Positions 38,685 to 49,094 of a stretch of DNA of 64,000 nucleotides are shown here, one piece after another (the stretch's first letter is position 1; the number at the start of each line of letters is the position of its first letter). The notes beneath the pieces are model-generated. The model was given only the letters and a program-made list of their open reading frames with translations. It did no database searches and was not told the origin of the DNA. Location of the stretch: positions 416,001 to 480,000 of the forward strand of contig CBDFIQ010000002.1 of NCBI GenBank assembly GCA_965248195.1. Reading direction: 5' to 3'. The DNA is from Longimicrobiales bacterium. GTDB taxonomy: Bacteria; Gemmatimonadota; Gemmatimonadetes; Longimicrobiales; Gaopeijiaceae. Made by a program: the position numbers and the translations under genes.

Positions 38685-40061
38685 GGGTCAAGTCCCGATT
38701 TGTGTGTAAAAGCGGAGGAAGCTCCTCGCCTTCGGCTAGGCTGCTTGGGCGACCTCCTGTTTCTGGAGGAGTGAGAGGTCGAGGTAACGCCGGTCGCCCC
38801 AGACGTGTGTGGTCCTGAGTGCGACGGCCGTGATGAGCCTGAGGGCGCTGGCCCGGTCCGGGAAGGCGCCGGCGGCCTTGATCCTGCGTTTGATCTCGCC
38901 GTGCAGCCGCTCGAGGCTGTTGGTGGTACGCAGCCGGGGCCAGTGCGCCTCGGGGAACGCGTAGAACTGCGTCGCTGCCCCGAAGCCCCGCTCCAGGACC
39001 TCCACGGCCTCGGGCAGCTCCTTCTTCCAGCGTGCGCCGAACTCGCCCAGGAGCTTCTTCGCCTCGGCGAGTCCGGATGTCTGGAAGATCACCGAGACCT
39101 CACGCGCCACGCGCTTGCGTAGGCGGTGGGGGACCCTCGCCCCCACATTACGCTGCAGATGGACCGTACACCTCTGACGGCGTGCCTCGGGCAGGAAGCG
39201 GCGGACCGCAGCTGCCAGGCCTGCGTGCTCATCGGCGATCACGAGCTCGACACCGCCGAGGCCGCGGTCCTGGAGTTGCTCGAGGAGCTCCGACCAGCTC
39301 TGCTGCGACTCCTCAGCGCCCAGCGTGACGGCCAGGAGCCGTCGGTGACCCTCAGGGCCCACTGCATACGCCACGAGCGCACTCACGTTCTCGACTTTGC
39401 GGGCCCAGCGGGCGTCCAAGAACGTGGCGTCCAGGTACAGATAGGGGTGAGGCCCCTCGATCGGCGCACGGCGCAGCCCTTCCACGGCCTCGTCGAGCCG
39501 TTTTGCCACACGACTCACCGTCGAGCGCCCAACACGCTCGCCCATCAGCGCCTCGGTGACGTCGCCCATCTTGCGCTGTGACACGCCGCTCACATACGCC
39601 TCGACCATCATCTCGTCGAGCTCGGGGCTCCTGCGCTGGTAGCGGCCGATCACGTCGGCCGGCGAACCGTTGTCCCGGCTCCGGGGCATGGCGACCTCGA
39701 TCTGCCCCAGGCTCGTCAGCAGCCGCCTCAGGTATGTGCCGTTCCTATGGTCCTTCCGGCTTCCCACCCGCTCGAAGCGGCGTGCACCTACCATGGCCTT
39801 CAGCTCCTCTTCCAGCACCATCTCGAGCGTCAGCCGGATCGCGCCTTGAAACAGCTCGCGCAAATCATCGCGTAGCTCGTCTTGCGTGGCCCGACCGATC
39901 TCCACAATCTCTTGCATCGGAAGCTCCTCTCCGGTTCCGAGCCTGCTCTGCAGACCCGGACTCCCGGGTTCATGTGACAGTGAACAACAACAGAGGAGCT
40001 TCCGTTTTTCTTTCCCTCCTGTCCAGCTTATCCGCTTTTACACAAATCTAGGGACACTACC
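38685..40061 (-). mobile_element. IS256-family element, copy 1
   Basis: Imperfect terminal IRs; 8-bp TSD ATTGCCGG (38677, 40062). Confidence 0.95.
38736..39917 (-). CDS. IS256 (Mutator-type) transposase
   Basis: YLYLDA, IADEHAGL, QRCTVH, RTTNSLERLHGEIKRR. Confidence 0.95.
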   Translation of the reverse strand: MQEIVEIGRATQDELRDDLRELFQGAIRLTLEMVLEEELKAMVGARRFERVGSRKDHRNGTYLRRLLTSLGQIEVAMPRSRDNGSPADVIGRYQRRSPELDEMMVEAYVSGVSQRKMGDVTEALMGERVGRSTVSRVAKRLDEAVEGLRRAPIEGPHPYLYLDATFLDARWARKVENVSALVAYAVGPEGHRRLLAVTLGAEESQQSWSELLEQLQDRGLGGVELVIADEHAGLAAAVRRFLPEARRQRCTVHLQRNVGARVPHRLRKRVAREVSVIFQTSGLAEAKKLLGEFGARWKKELPEAVEVLERGFGAATQFYAFPEAHWPRLRTTNSLERLHGEIKRRIKAAGAFPDRASALRLITAVALRTTHVWGDRRYLDLSLLQKQEVAQAA

Positions 40062-40667
40062 ATTGCCGGGGGGTCACAAACCCCCACACTCCCGCCGCCG
40101 ACGTTGGAGTCGATCCAGAGGTAGACATCGTATCGCTGGCCAGACACCAGTGACCCTCTAAAGCTGAAGCCGACGTTGTCCTGCGACGGATCAGGGATTA
40201 CGTGGGTGCTGCCCAGCGACTCACTCAACGGGCCATCGATGCGCCACCTGCGGACCGTCAACATGTCACCAGCGTGAGGACCCTGGAAGCTCGCGTCGCC
40301 CGTAAAGGTCATCTCAAACCGGACGTCGCTGGGGTCGGTGGGGGTGTCGCAAGCCCCTAGTGCGACGAGCAGGCCTATGCAAAAGCTCATTACGAAGGGC
40401 TGAATGAGCGCCACGACCGACCGTCGCATACCAGAGCCAAATTTCTTCATTTTTCTTTCCCTTGCCGTTACGGAACGCATCTTGCCCGTACCGTCCACAT
40501 CGCAGGCTGTCAGAAGTACGTCGGATTATGACTTATAACGACACACTAGAGTTGTACTACCAAGAGTCAGGTGGCGTGTAGCGTGGAGTTCGCCGTTGCC
40601 ATCACCCACACGGCCTTCGGCACCCAGCGCGGTGAGCCCGGGCAGGTATGGAACGGGTACCAGTAGC

Positions 40668-41165
40668 TTAATAGTGCGGCAGCCGTGGTCGCAGGACGCC
40701 GTAGAGCCAGGTCCCGAAAAGTGCGCTAAGGAGCACGACTCCATAGACTGTGACGCCATTTCCCATGAGGGCGAGGATGGGCCCCGGACAGGCGCCGGCC
40801 AGGGCCCAGCCCAGGCCGAAGAGCGTCCCGCCGATCCAGTACCGATAGCCTCTCCGACCAAGTTCCTTGGGTGGGACCACGATTTCGTCGCCCCGGACGG
40901 TCCGGACCTGGCGGGACTTGATGAGCGCCACCGAGGCCATCGCTACCGCCACGGCAGTGGCGATAACCCCGTACATGTGGAACGATTGGAATCGAAACAT
41001 CTCCTGGATGCGAAACCACGACACCACCTCGCCCTTGGTGGCCACGATGCCGAAGTACGTCCCGATGGCGAGATAGACGCCGAGGCCCGGGCCGCTCAGG
41101 GGCCGGGCTCGTGCCAGGCCGGTCGAGGCTTGGGCGGGCAGTGGAGTCGTCTCGCGGCTTGTCAT
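40668..41165 (-). CDS. YeeE/YedE family sulfur-transport membrane protein
   Basis: WFRIQEMFRF, GWALAGACPGP. Confidence 0.85.
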   Translation of the reverse strand: MTSRETTPLPAQASTGLARARPLSGPGLGVYLAIGTYFGIVATKGEVVSWFRIQEMFRFQSFHMYGVIATAVAVAMASVALIKSRQVRTVRGDEIVVPPKELGRRGYRYWIGGTLFGLGWALAGACPGPILALMGNGVTVYGVVLLSALFGTWLYGVLRPRLPHY

Positions 41166-41174
41166 CTTGAGCCG

Positions 41175-41732
41175 TCAGAACAGAAGCGGGAGGATGACCC
41201 AAGTGGCCAGCAGGCCACCGGCGAAGAACCCCAGGACGGCCAGGAGCGACGGCAGCTGCAGGTTGGCTAGGCCCGAGATGGCATGCCCCGAGGTACACCC
41301 GCCAGCGTATCGGGCGCCGAAGCCCACCAGGAAGCCGCCGATGACGATCATCACGAAGCCCGGTACGGTGGCCAGGCCTTCCCAGCTGAAGACTTGGGCG
41401 GGCGCCAAACCCTCGAGCGTCGTCACGCCCATGACCTCGAGAGCGGCCGTGGTGGCGTCGGAGACGACGAGGGGGTCCGGCGAGGCCAGGACGGTTCCAG
41501 CGACCGCTCCGCCCAGCACGATGCCCAAGGCGAAAGTCAGATTCCATAGCCCTGTCGCCTTCCAATCGTATCGGAAGAAGTCGTTTCGCGTCGGGAGCAC
41601 CGCTGCACAGATATGCCGCAGGTTCTCGGACACGCCGAACTCGCCGCCAGCCCAGAGGAGCAGGGGGACCACTAGTCCAATGAGAGGGCCGGCCACATAC
41701 CACGGCCACGGTTCAGAAAGCAGCTCGAGCAT
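41175..41732 (-). CDS. YeeE/YedE family sulfur-transport membrane protein
   Basis: PWPWYVAGPLIG, GARYAGGCTSGHAISG. Confidence 0.88.
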   Translation of the reverse strand: MLELLSEPWPWYVAGPLIGLVVPLLLWAGGEFGVSENLRHICAAVLPTRNDFFRYDWKATGLWNLTFALGIVLGGAVAGTVLASPDPLVVSDATTAALEVMGVTTLEGLAPAQVFSWEGLATVPGFVMIVIGGFLVGFGARYAGGCTSGHAISGLANLQLPSLLAVLGFFAGGLLATWVILPLLF

Positions 41733-41805
41733 CGCATCCCGTAAGGTCAGAGGTCGACGCCGCCCGCAAGGGAATGGCACAGTGGCGCGTTTGGCACCGC
41801 CAGGC

Positions 41806-43182
41806 GGTAGTGTCCCTAGATTTGTGTAAAAGCGGATAAGCTGGACAGGAGGGAAAGAAAAACGGAAGCTCCTCTGTTGTTGTTCACTGTCACATGAACC
41901 CGGGAGTCCGGGTCTGCAGAGCAGGCTCGGAACCGGAGAGGAGCTTCCGATGCAAGAGATTGTGGAGATCGGTCGGGCCACGCAAGACGAGCTACGCGAT
42001 GATTTGCGCGAGCTGTTTCAAGGCGCGATCCGGCTGACGCTCGAGATGGTGCTGGAAGAGGAGCTGAAGGCCATGGTAGGTGCACGCCGCTTCGAGCGGG
42101 TGGGAAGCCGGAAGGACCATAGGAACGGCACATACCTGAGGCGGCTGCTGACGAGCCTGGGGCAGATCGAGGTCGCCATGCCCCGGAGCCGGGACAACGG
42201 TTCGCCGGCCGACGTGATCGGCCGCTACCAGCGCAGGAGCCCCGAGCTCGACGAGATGATGGTCGAGGCGTATGTGAGCGGCGTGTCACAGCGCAAGATG
42301 GGCGACGTCACCGAGGCGCTGATGGGCGAGCGTGTTGGGCGCTCGACGGTGAGTCGTGTGGCAAAACGGCTCGACGAGGCCGTGGAAGGGCTGCGCCGTG
42401 CGCCGATCGAGGGGCCTCACCCCTATCTGTACCTGGACGCCACGTTCTTGGACGCCCGCTGGGCCCGCAAAGTCGAGAACGTGAGTGCGCTCGTGGCGTA
42501 TGCAGTGGGCCCTGAGGGTCACCGACGGCTCCTGGCCGTCACGCTGGGCGCTGAGGAGTCGCAGCAGAGCTGGTCGGAGCTCCTCGAGCAACTCCAGGAC
42601 CGCGGCCTCGGCGGTGTCGAGCTCGTGATCGCCGATGAGCACGCAGGCCTGGCAGCTGCGGTCCGCCGCTTCCTGCCCGAGGCACGCCGTCAGAGGTGTA
42701 CGGTCCATCTGCAGCGTAATGTGGGGGCGAGGGTCCCCCACCGCCTACGCAAGCGCGTGGCGCGTGAGGTCTCGGTGATCTTCCAGACATCCGGACTCGC
42801 CGAGGCGAAGAAGCTCCTGGGCGAGTTCGGCGCACGCTGGAAGAAGGAGCTGCCCGAGGCCGTGGAGGTCCTGGAGCGGGGCTTCGGGGCAGCGACGCAG
42901 TTCTACGCGTTCCCCGAGGCGCACTGGCCCCGGCTGCGTACCACCAACAGCCTCGAGCGGCTGCACGGCGAGATCAAACGCAGGATCAAGGCCGCCGGCG
43001 CCTTCCCGGACCGGGCCAGCGCCCTCAGGCTCATCACGGCCGTCGCACTCAGGACCACACACGTCTGGGGCGACCGGCGTTACCTCGACCTCTCACTCCT
43101 CCAGAAACAGGAGGTCGCCCAAGCAGCCTAGCCGAAGGCGAGGAGCTTCCTCCGCTCTTACACACAAATCGGGACTTGACCC
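41806..43182 (+). mobile_element. IS256-family element, copy 2 (near-identical to copy 1, inverted)
   Basis: Same 1377-bp unit; 8-bp TSD CGCCAGGC (41798, 43183). Confidence 0.95.
41950..43131 (+). CDS. IS256 transposase
   Basis: Protein identical to 38736-39917. Confidence 0.95.
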   Translation: MQEIVEIGRATQDELRDDLRELFQGAIRLTLEMVLEEELKAMVGARRFERVGSRKDHRNGTYLRRLLTSLGQIEVAMPRSRDNGSPADVIGRYQRRSPELDEMMVEAYVSGVSQRKMGDVTEALMGERVGRSTVSRVAKRLDEAVEGLRRAPIEGPHPYLYLDATFLDARWARKVENVSALVAYAVGPEGHRRLLAVTLGAEESQQSWSELLEQLQDRGLGGVELVIADEHAGLAAAVRRFLPEARRQRCTVHLQRNVGARVPHRLRKRVAREVSVIFQTSGLAEAKKLLGEFGARWKKELPEAVEVLERGFGAATQFYAFPEAHWPRLRTTNSLERLHGEIKRRIKAAGAFPDRASALRLITAVALRTTHVWGDRRYLDLSLLQKQEVAQAA

Positions 43183-43494
43183 CGCCAGGCTCGTGCACCG
43201 CAGTTTATGGAATTACAAGCGACCTAACCAGGGCATGCACCCGAACCGTGTTCGGCCATCGGGGGCGTTTTTCTTGAAAGGCTAGCGACAGCTGTAACGC
43301 AACCTCTTGGTGTATGGCCGTCTCGCTATTGCATAGGTTGAACGCAACCGTCACGCCAGTGGGCAGGTAGGCGCAAGCAGAAGGCCAAGACCTCATGTTG
43401 ACGGCGTTGGTCGTGCCTCCCACCTTATCCGGACCCGTGAAGAGGCTCTTGGTTTGGCTTAACCAGCGGGTGCCTCGAGAAGAAGGAGAAAACC

Positions 43495-44373
43495 ATGTAC
43501 CGACGAAACTTCCTGGGCGCTGCGCTCGTCGCCGGTGGAGTCACCCCGGCCCTTTCGCGACAGGCGCTGGCGGCCGACCATGCGGGCAGAGCCGCGCCCT
43601 CGACAGGCGCTGCCGAGCGCTCGCTGCAGACGCATCGCATGCAGGTTGCCAGCTCGCTGCACATGTGCGTCTTCGACACCTTCGGCACCGTCGTCGACTG
43701 GCGCAGCTCAGTCATCGCTGAGGTGGAGGAGCTCGCACGTCAGAAAGGCTGGGATCTCGACGCTGAGGCTTTCGCCGTGGCATGGCGCGCCAATTATGGC
43801 CCGTCGCGCAATCGCGTCCGCACGGGTGAGCTCCCCTGGACGAAGCTCGACGATCTACACCGGATGACCCTCGACGATCTGCTGGTACGCTTCCAGATCG
43901 AAGGGCTCAGCGAAGAAGAAAAAGTGCACCTCAACAAGGTCTGGCACCGGCTGCACCCATGGCCCGACGCGCCGGGGGGACTGGCGCGCCTCAAGACCCG
44001 ATACGTGCTCTCGCCGCTGTCGAACGGCAACCTGGCTCTGTTGACGGAAATGGCGAAATTCGGGGGCCTTCCCTGGGACTGCGTGCTGGGATCGGACGTC
44101 GCGCGGCACTATAAGCCGGACAAAGAGATGTACTTGATGCCAAGTGAGTTCTTCGACATTCCGCCATCGGCCGTGATGATGGTCGCGGCGCACGCCGGCG
44201 ACCTGGACTCGGCGAAGAGCTACGGCCTGCGGACCGCCTATGTCCATCGGCCGGGCGAGCGGGGACCGGACGCCGCGCCATGGGACCCGCCCGAGGTCGG
44301 TCGGTTCGATTTCCTAGCGACGGACTTCAACGACCTGGCGTCGCAGCTGGGTATATGGTCGCTGCCGGCATAG
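43495..44373 (+). CDS. Haloacid dehalogenase type II with Tat signal
   Basis: YRRNFLG; FDTFGTVVDW, LSNGN, YKP, VAAHAGDL. Confidence 0.9.
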   Translation: MYRRNFLGAALVAGGVTPALSRQALAADHAGRAAPSTGAAERSLQTHRMQVASSLHMCVFDTFGTVVDWRSSVIAEVEELARQKGWDLDAEAFAVAWRANYGPSRNRVRTGELPWTKLDDLHRMTLDDLLVRFQIEGLSEEEKVHLNKVWHRLHPWPDAPGGLARLKTRYVLSPLSNGNLALLTEMAKFGGLPWDCVLGSDVARHYKPDKEMYLMPSEFFDIPPSAVMMVAAHAGDLDSAKSYGLRTAYVHRPGERGPDAAPWDPPEVGRFDFLATDFNDLASQLGIWSLPA

Positions 44374-44473
44374 CCGACCCTGCTGAGCGGGTGAGCTACG
44401 CGTCGAGCTCCCTCCACCGGGGGAGGGAGCTCGGGTTGCTGCGTGGCGTTTTTCGGAGGATGATCTCGGGGAG

Positions 44474-44809
44474 CTACGGGGCGGGGAGGCACATACCCTC
44501 TCTGTTTCCGCCAATCTGCTCGAACTCGCAAGACGCTTGCCTGGCTCCAGAGTACTGGTTCTGCCGTATGGCGGTGATCCGGACGTTATACCTCTCTTCC
44601 ACCTTGGCGTCGGGCACGTTGACGACGATCGAACCGATCCTCGCCTGGCCGTAGGGACCGGTATATTGATTGTCTTCTTCGGTCGCGATCGTGATCTCGT
44701 ATTCCTGTCCGACTTCGGCATCCTGCGCCGTTGCCGGCAAGGCCAGCGCTAAGACCGCAGTAAAAGCCAGCGGTAAAACCGCGGTAGTTGTGAACATAAA
44801 CCTGAGCAT
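44474..44809 (-). CDS. Small secreted protein, TRAM/OB-like
   Basis: Signal peptide ending ATA; VVNVPDAKVEERYNVRITAI; two Cys; GGAGG RBS. Confidence 0.55.
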   Translation of the reverse strand: MLRFMFTTTAVLPLAFTAVLALALPATAQDAEVGQEYEITIATEEDNQYTGPYGQARIGSIVVNVPDAKVEERYNVRITAIRQNQYSGARQASCEFEQIGGNREGMCLPAP

Positions 44810-44867
44810 AGATACCTCCCGAGACATTGGCTTGAATCGCAGTTCGCCCAACCGATCACGGCCGCGC

Positions 44868-45551
44868 CTAGTCTACCCCTGTTTTCTTGAAAACAAAGAC
44901 GTGTTGGCTGGGAATGAGGTCGATGACTCTGTCTCGTCTGAAACCCAGCGCTGGAATTTCCTCCATGATCTCCGCCTCGCTCATCTTGTGGAGAGGTGCG
45001 ACTCGCGAATCGGGGTTCTCGGCCTTGTACTCGACGATCAACATCTGCCCGTCGGGCTTCATAGCTTTGCGGACGTAACGCATCATCTCAACCGGATGGG
45101 AAAACTCGTGGTATGAAATGACGATCAGGACATGATCGACGCTATCGCGGGGCAGCTTCGGGTCGTCTACGTTTCCGAGAATCGGTACGATGTTTTCGTG
45201 CCCGAATCTCTCGATCATCATTTCCAGACCGGCGATCATTTCGGGCTGGACATCCACCGCGAGCACCTTGCCTGTTCGTCCGACTCGCTCGGCGGCGCGC
45301 AGGGAGAAAAAACCGCCGCCGGCGCCGATATCTGCAACGACATCGCCCTCCTCGATCCCCAGGAGATCGAGGAGTTCCTCAGGCTTCTCGCTTTCGACTC
45401 TTTCCGGCCGGTAAAACCAAGCGGCATCCTGCGGATCGACCAGCTCGGTTTGGCGCTCGGTGCCGAGCGAGCAGGATTGTGCCGCGGATACAGCCGGCAG
45501 TAAGAAAAGCAGCGGCAGCAGTAACAGGCCATTAGTGCGATTCGGTCTCAT
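44868..45551 (-). CDS. Class I SAM-dependent methyltransferase with signal-like N-terminus
   Basis: VADIGAGGG, AVDVQPEM, YHEF. Confidence 0.88.
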   Translation of the reverse strand: MRPNRTNGLLLLPLLFLLPAVSAAQSCSLGTERQTELVDPQDAAWFYRPERVESEKPEELLDLLGIEEGDVVADIGAGGGFFSLRAAERVGRTGKVLAVDVQPEMIAGLEMMIERFGHENIVPILGNVDDPKLPRDSVDHVLIVISYHEFSHPVEMMRYVRKAMKPDGQMLIVEYKAENPDSRVAPLHKMSEAEIMEEIPALGFRRDRVIDLIPSQHVFVFKKTGVD

Positions 45552-45714
45552 CGTAGGCGGATTCTACGCTGTGCAGAGCGCATGGACCAGGATTTCATTT
45601 TTCGCGTGCCGGCCCCTTCATACACCCGAGAGCGTTCAGGCGGGAGACGGCATCAGACATGGCGGACAAGATACGTCTAACGCGGGAGAGACTGCGAGCG
45701 CCATGCAGCGCAAG

Positions 45715-45747
45715 GCTGTAGCGCAACCTGTATCAGCGCTGGCCAGC
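45715..45747 (+). repeat. Distal half of a left att arm
   Basis: GCTGTAGCGCAACCTGTATCAGCGCTGGCCAGC, matching 25713 and 33106. Confidence 0.7.
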
Positions 45748-46301
45748 GGTGGTCTGCTCGGGATCGGCTGGGTCGGCGCATACCACTCACCCGGCACGTC
45801 ACCCTGGGTCACCGGCACTTCGGTGATGGGCCACACCGGTTCACCGGTAACCCGGTCGAGCACGAACATGTAGGACTGCTTGGTCGGTTGGATCAGGGCT
45901 TTGATCTCGCGCCCGTCGACGGTGATGTCCAGCAACACGGGCGCTGCTGGCAGGTCCCAGTCCCAGATGTCGTGGTGGACCGTTTGGTAGTGCCAGACTC
46001 GTTCGCCCGTGTCCAGGTCGACCGCCACGACGCTGCCAGAGAACAGATTGTCGCCGCGGCGATGCCCACCGTAGTAGTCGCCGGTTGGCGCCTCGACCGG
46101 GAAGTAGGCCATGTCCAGCTCAGGGTCGATGGTCATTTGGGCCCAGACCCCGGTGTTCCCTGTGTAGCGCCAGGAATCGTCTAGCCACGTATCGTTCCCG
46201 CACTCGTCCGCGTCGAGAATCGTGTGGAAGATCCATTTCCGTTCGCCGGTCCGGACGTCGAAGCCGCGGACGTAGCCTTTGACGTTCGTGCGCGATGGCG
46301 G
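45748..46301 (-). pseudogene. 554-bp internal duplicate of the PQQ dehydrogenase gene (49967-50520)
   Basis: Colinear with scattered substitutions; lacks its own N- and C-termini. Confidence 0.92.
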
Positions 46302-46438
46302 TCGAAGAAGAAAATTTCTTGCAGAGCCCAGGCGAATCCCGCTACGTAGAATAGTAACATATTCCCAGAATTTACAGGTGGGCCTACGGAGTATGCGGCC
46401 AAGCCCTGCCTCCCGATCCCCAAACGTCCACGAACGGC

Positions 46439-48613
46439 ATGACAGAGCGCCAGATCTATTACCACAAAGCTACCCGCCGCGGTCCGGCGGTGAACTGGAC
46501 TGCAGGAGTGGCCGTGGTGGTTTGGGGCCTGCTCTTTTTCACGGACGTACGCAGCTTGGTTCCCTTCGAGCTCTTATGGCTCGACCAGTGGATTCAGCCG
46601 ATTGGCGCCGGGGTCATCATCATTACGCTGTTTCTACGTTGGATGCTACTCCGACGAAGCGGCGAATATGTCGAGCTAGATGATTCCAGCATCCGGCGGG
46701 TTGGGGCGAACGGCGATGGGACACGGATCGCCTGGACCGATGTCGTAGATCTGCGGACCAACGCGATACATGGCTCGTTCGAATTGGTGGAGTCCTCGGA
46801 CAGACAGCTGCTGCCGCTCAATCGCGGGCTTGAGGACTACTGGACGCTGATGACCGCCGTCGTTGGCCAGCTCGATCGGCATCGAGAGCGTCGTTGGGCC
46901 TCGGACGTGGGCACGAGCCCCGCCATACATGCACGGACCTTTGCGCTTAATTGGAGGTTGGGCGCTGGATTAGCCCTGGTCTTTTTGATCGTTCTTTTCT
47001 ACGCGAGTCGAACTGATCTGGTTCAGTTCATCTTCGCCGCCTTGGTCGTCGCGGCTTGGGCCGCGTCCGTGTTTAGGCGTCCGTATAAGGTCGTGGTCGA
47101 CACTGTTGCCTTACGCCTGTGCTTCCCACTCGGCATTCAGCACGTAGCGCTGAGTGACATCGTGGATTGTTCACTCTTACCGTCTCGCAATCGTGATATG
47201 TGGCTCTTAGAGCCGGTATTTACTATCGAGGGTGGCGATACCGTTGTTCTGAAGGGCTTCTATAAGGAGGCGTTCGCCCTCTACGACCAGATTCAACGTG
47301 CTCGATCGAATGATGTAGTGATTCCATCTGGCGACCCCGCTCCGAACCTGTGGCAGCCCAAGGTCCGGCGTAGAACCTTGATCGCCGTTGCGGTGATGTT
47401 GCTGGTCGGCATCAGCTACTCATTCTTCACCGGCGGCATTGTTATGGTCTCAGCGGCGCGTTCTGGTCGCGAGCCGATCCTTCGCATGTCGCTTCAGCTT
47501 GGCGCCGATGTCGACGTCCGTGACGGGAACCGGCGCACTCCGCTCTACGAAGCGGCGAAGTACGGCCAGTTGGAGATTGTTCGACTGCTTGTTGAACGGG
47601 GCGCCGATCTCCACGCCGCGCGGGACCATCCCGAAATGACGCCGCTGCACGTAGCAGCCGAATACGGTCAGCTGGAGGCCGTCCGCTTCCTGCTGGAGAT
47701 TGGCGCCGACGCGAATGTCGAGAACGTCTGGCAGCAAACACCCCTCTCACAGCTCGCCTGGCATGCGCAGGAGAACGGTGCTGAGATCGCGGCGCACCTG
47801 CTTGCGCACGGTGCGGACCTGAACTCACGAGACAACCGGGGATTCACTCCGCTGCACAGAGCGGTTCGTTACGGCAAGGTCCCGTTCACGCGCTATTTGG
47901 CGGCAAACGGTGCAGACGTGAACGCGCGCACGGATCAGGGAGGGACCGTGCTTCAGTACGCCTTGGAAAACGGGCAGCTGGAGGCGGCCCTAGTGGTGGT
48001 GGAGGCAGGGGCACTGGTCGATGCCGTCAATCCTGAAAGCGGAAAGTCAATGTTGGCCAACGCGGTGCAGCGTGTCGAAACGCCGGTCGTAGAGTTCCTT
48101 TTACGGCACGGGGCGCGGTCGGATTTGCCTGATAACGACGGCTGGTCGCCGCTCCATATCGCCGCGTACGATGATCGCGTCGACTACGTGCGGAGCATGC
48201 TCGACGCCGGGGCGGACATCGAACTCCCGGGTCCGAATGGTAGGCTGCTGGAGTTGGCGGCGCGCTTTGGAACGCTCGAGATGGTCAACCTACTCCTAGC
48301 TCGGGGTGCACAACCGAACACGCTTGACGAGGAGGGATGGGCGCCCCTGCATTACGCCGCTCACGACGGAAACGTCGAGCTGGTGAAAGCGATGCTGGAT
48401 GTCGGTGCGGATCCGAATGTCAGCAGCGACAGCTCTCCGCCGCCCGTATGGTGGGCAGCCAGCGAAGGTCATGCGGAGGTGGTGCAACTTCTCTGGGAGC
48501 GTGGCGCCGATGTAAATGAGCTATACCGGAGGTGGACTCCCTTGGCTGCGTCTCTGCGGCAGGGCCATACGGAGGTTGCGACATTGTTGCGAAGCCTCGG
48601 CGCGCGCGACTAG
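46439..48613 (+). CDS. Membrane protein with many ankyrin repeats
   Basis: Two TM-pair + PH-like units, then repeats such as TPLYEAA, TPLHVAA, TPLHRAV, SPLHIAA, APLHYAA. Confidence 0.9.
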   Translation: MTERQIYYHKATRRGPAVNWTAGVAVVVWGLLFFTDVRSLVPFELLWLDQWIQPIGAGVIIITLFLRWMLLRRSGEYVELDDSSIRRVGANGDGTRIAWTDVVDLRTNAIHGSFELVESSDRQLLPLNRGLEDYWTLMTAVVGQLDRHRERRWASDVGTSPAIHARTFALNWRLGAGLALVFLIVLFYASRTDLVQFIFAALVVAAWAASVFRRPYKVVVDTVALRLCFPLGIQHVALSDIVDCSLLPSRNRDMWLLEPVFTIEGGDTVVLKGFYKEAFALYDQIQRARSNDVVIPSGDPAPNLWQPKVRRRTLIAVAVMLLVGISYSFFTGGIVMVSAARSGREPILRMSLQLGADVDVRDGNRRTPLYEAAKYGQLEIVRLLVERGADLHAARDHPEMTPLHVAAEYGQLEAVRFLLEIGADANVENVWQQTPLSQLAWHAQENGAEIAAHLLAHGADLNSRDNRGFTPLHRAVRYGKVPFTRYLAANGADVNARTDQGGTVLQYALENGQLEAALVVVEAGALVDAVNPESGKSMLANAVQRVETPVVEFLLRHGARSDLPDNDGWSPLHIAAYDDRVDYVRSMLDAGADIELPGPNGRLLELAARFGTLEMVNLLLARGAQPNTLDEEGWAPLHYAAHDGNVELVKAMLDVGADPNVSSDSSPPPVWWAASEGHAEVVQLLWERGADVNELYRRWTPLAASLRQGHTEVATLLRSLGARD

Positions 48614-48676
48614 ACGAAATTTCCTTCCCTAAGCTGAGGGGGGACGTTGCCGCTTGCCGCCCCGCGCCCTGTTCCA

Positions 48677-48824
48677 AAATGAACCCCCTGATTCCAGCGC
48701 TTACTAGCGCCCACGAACGCTCGGCTGATATCTGATAAGCGTGAGGTCGGTAGTTCGAGTCTACCCAGGCCCACTGTTTTGGAAGTGTAAGCCCCGCTTG
48801 GTCTTAGGTGACTGGGTGGGGCTT
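48677..48824 (+). repeat. att site 6: proximal left arm + perfect 42-nt tRNA-Ile 3' copy (48732-48773) + class A hairpin
   Basis: TTCCAGCGCTTACTAGCGCCCACGAACG, CTGATAT, core, AAGCCCCGCTTGGTCTTAGGTGACTGGGTGGGGCTT. Confidence 0.95.
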
Positions 48825-48874
48825 CTTGTGGTGCATGGACCTGCCGCCCCCGCTCAGCCAGGGGCTCTAACGTG

Positions 48875-49010
48875 TCAGTTCGGCACCAGCCGACTCAACT
48901 CCTCGAACCAGTTCTCGACCAAGATGAGTTCGGCGTTCTCCTCTTCCGATTACCCTAACATCAGCATCACGAATCGCTGATCGTCGGGTGTCACGTCGTA
49001 TTGAGGATGA
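48875..49010 (-). pseudogene. C-terminal remnant of a kinase/TolB-repeat protein
   Basis: QYDVTPDDQRFVMLMLG*SEEENAELILVENWFEELSRLVPN*. Confidence 0.6.
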
Positions 49011-49094
49011 CCGCCTCCGGGCAAGCAGCTGGCGAGGGAAAACAGCACCTCTTGCTGGCCCACCAAGCGCCCACGAGGCCGGCGACCAACAGCG

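Larger units (their letters stand above)
38553..40450 (-). pseudogene. Lipoprotein gene split by IS256 copy 1
   Basis: LGAC lipobox; removing the IS gives the continuous read CDPPAIDHQWRVRIP...EVCSSIEAFEPSV*. Confidence 0.75.

Noticed and set aside
38685..43182. IS256 composite transposon that arrived as one unit
   Set aside because: Each IS has its own distinct TSD and the outer flanks do not match
13013..48773. The five tRNA-like copies as additional tRNA genes
   Set aside because: They lack the 5' acceptor strand, the D arm and the 5' anticodon stem, so they cannot fold as tRNAs
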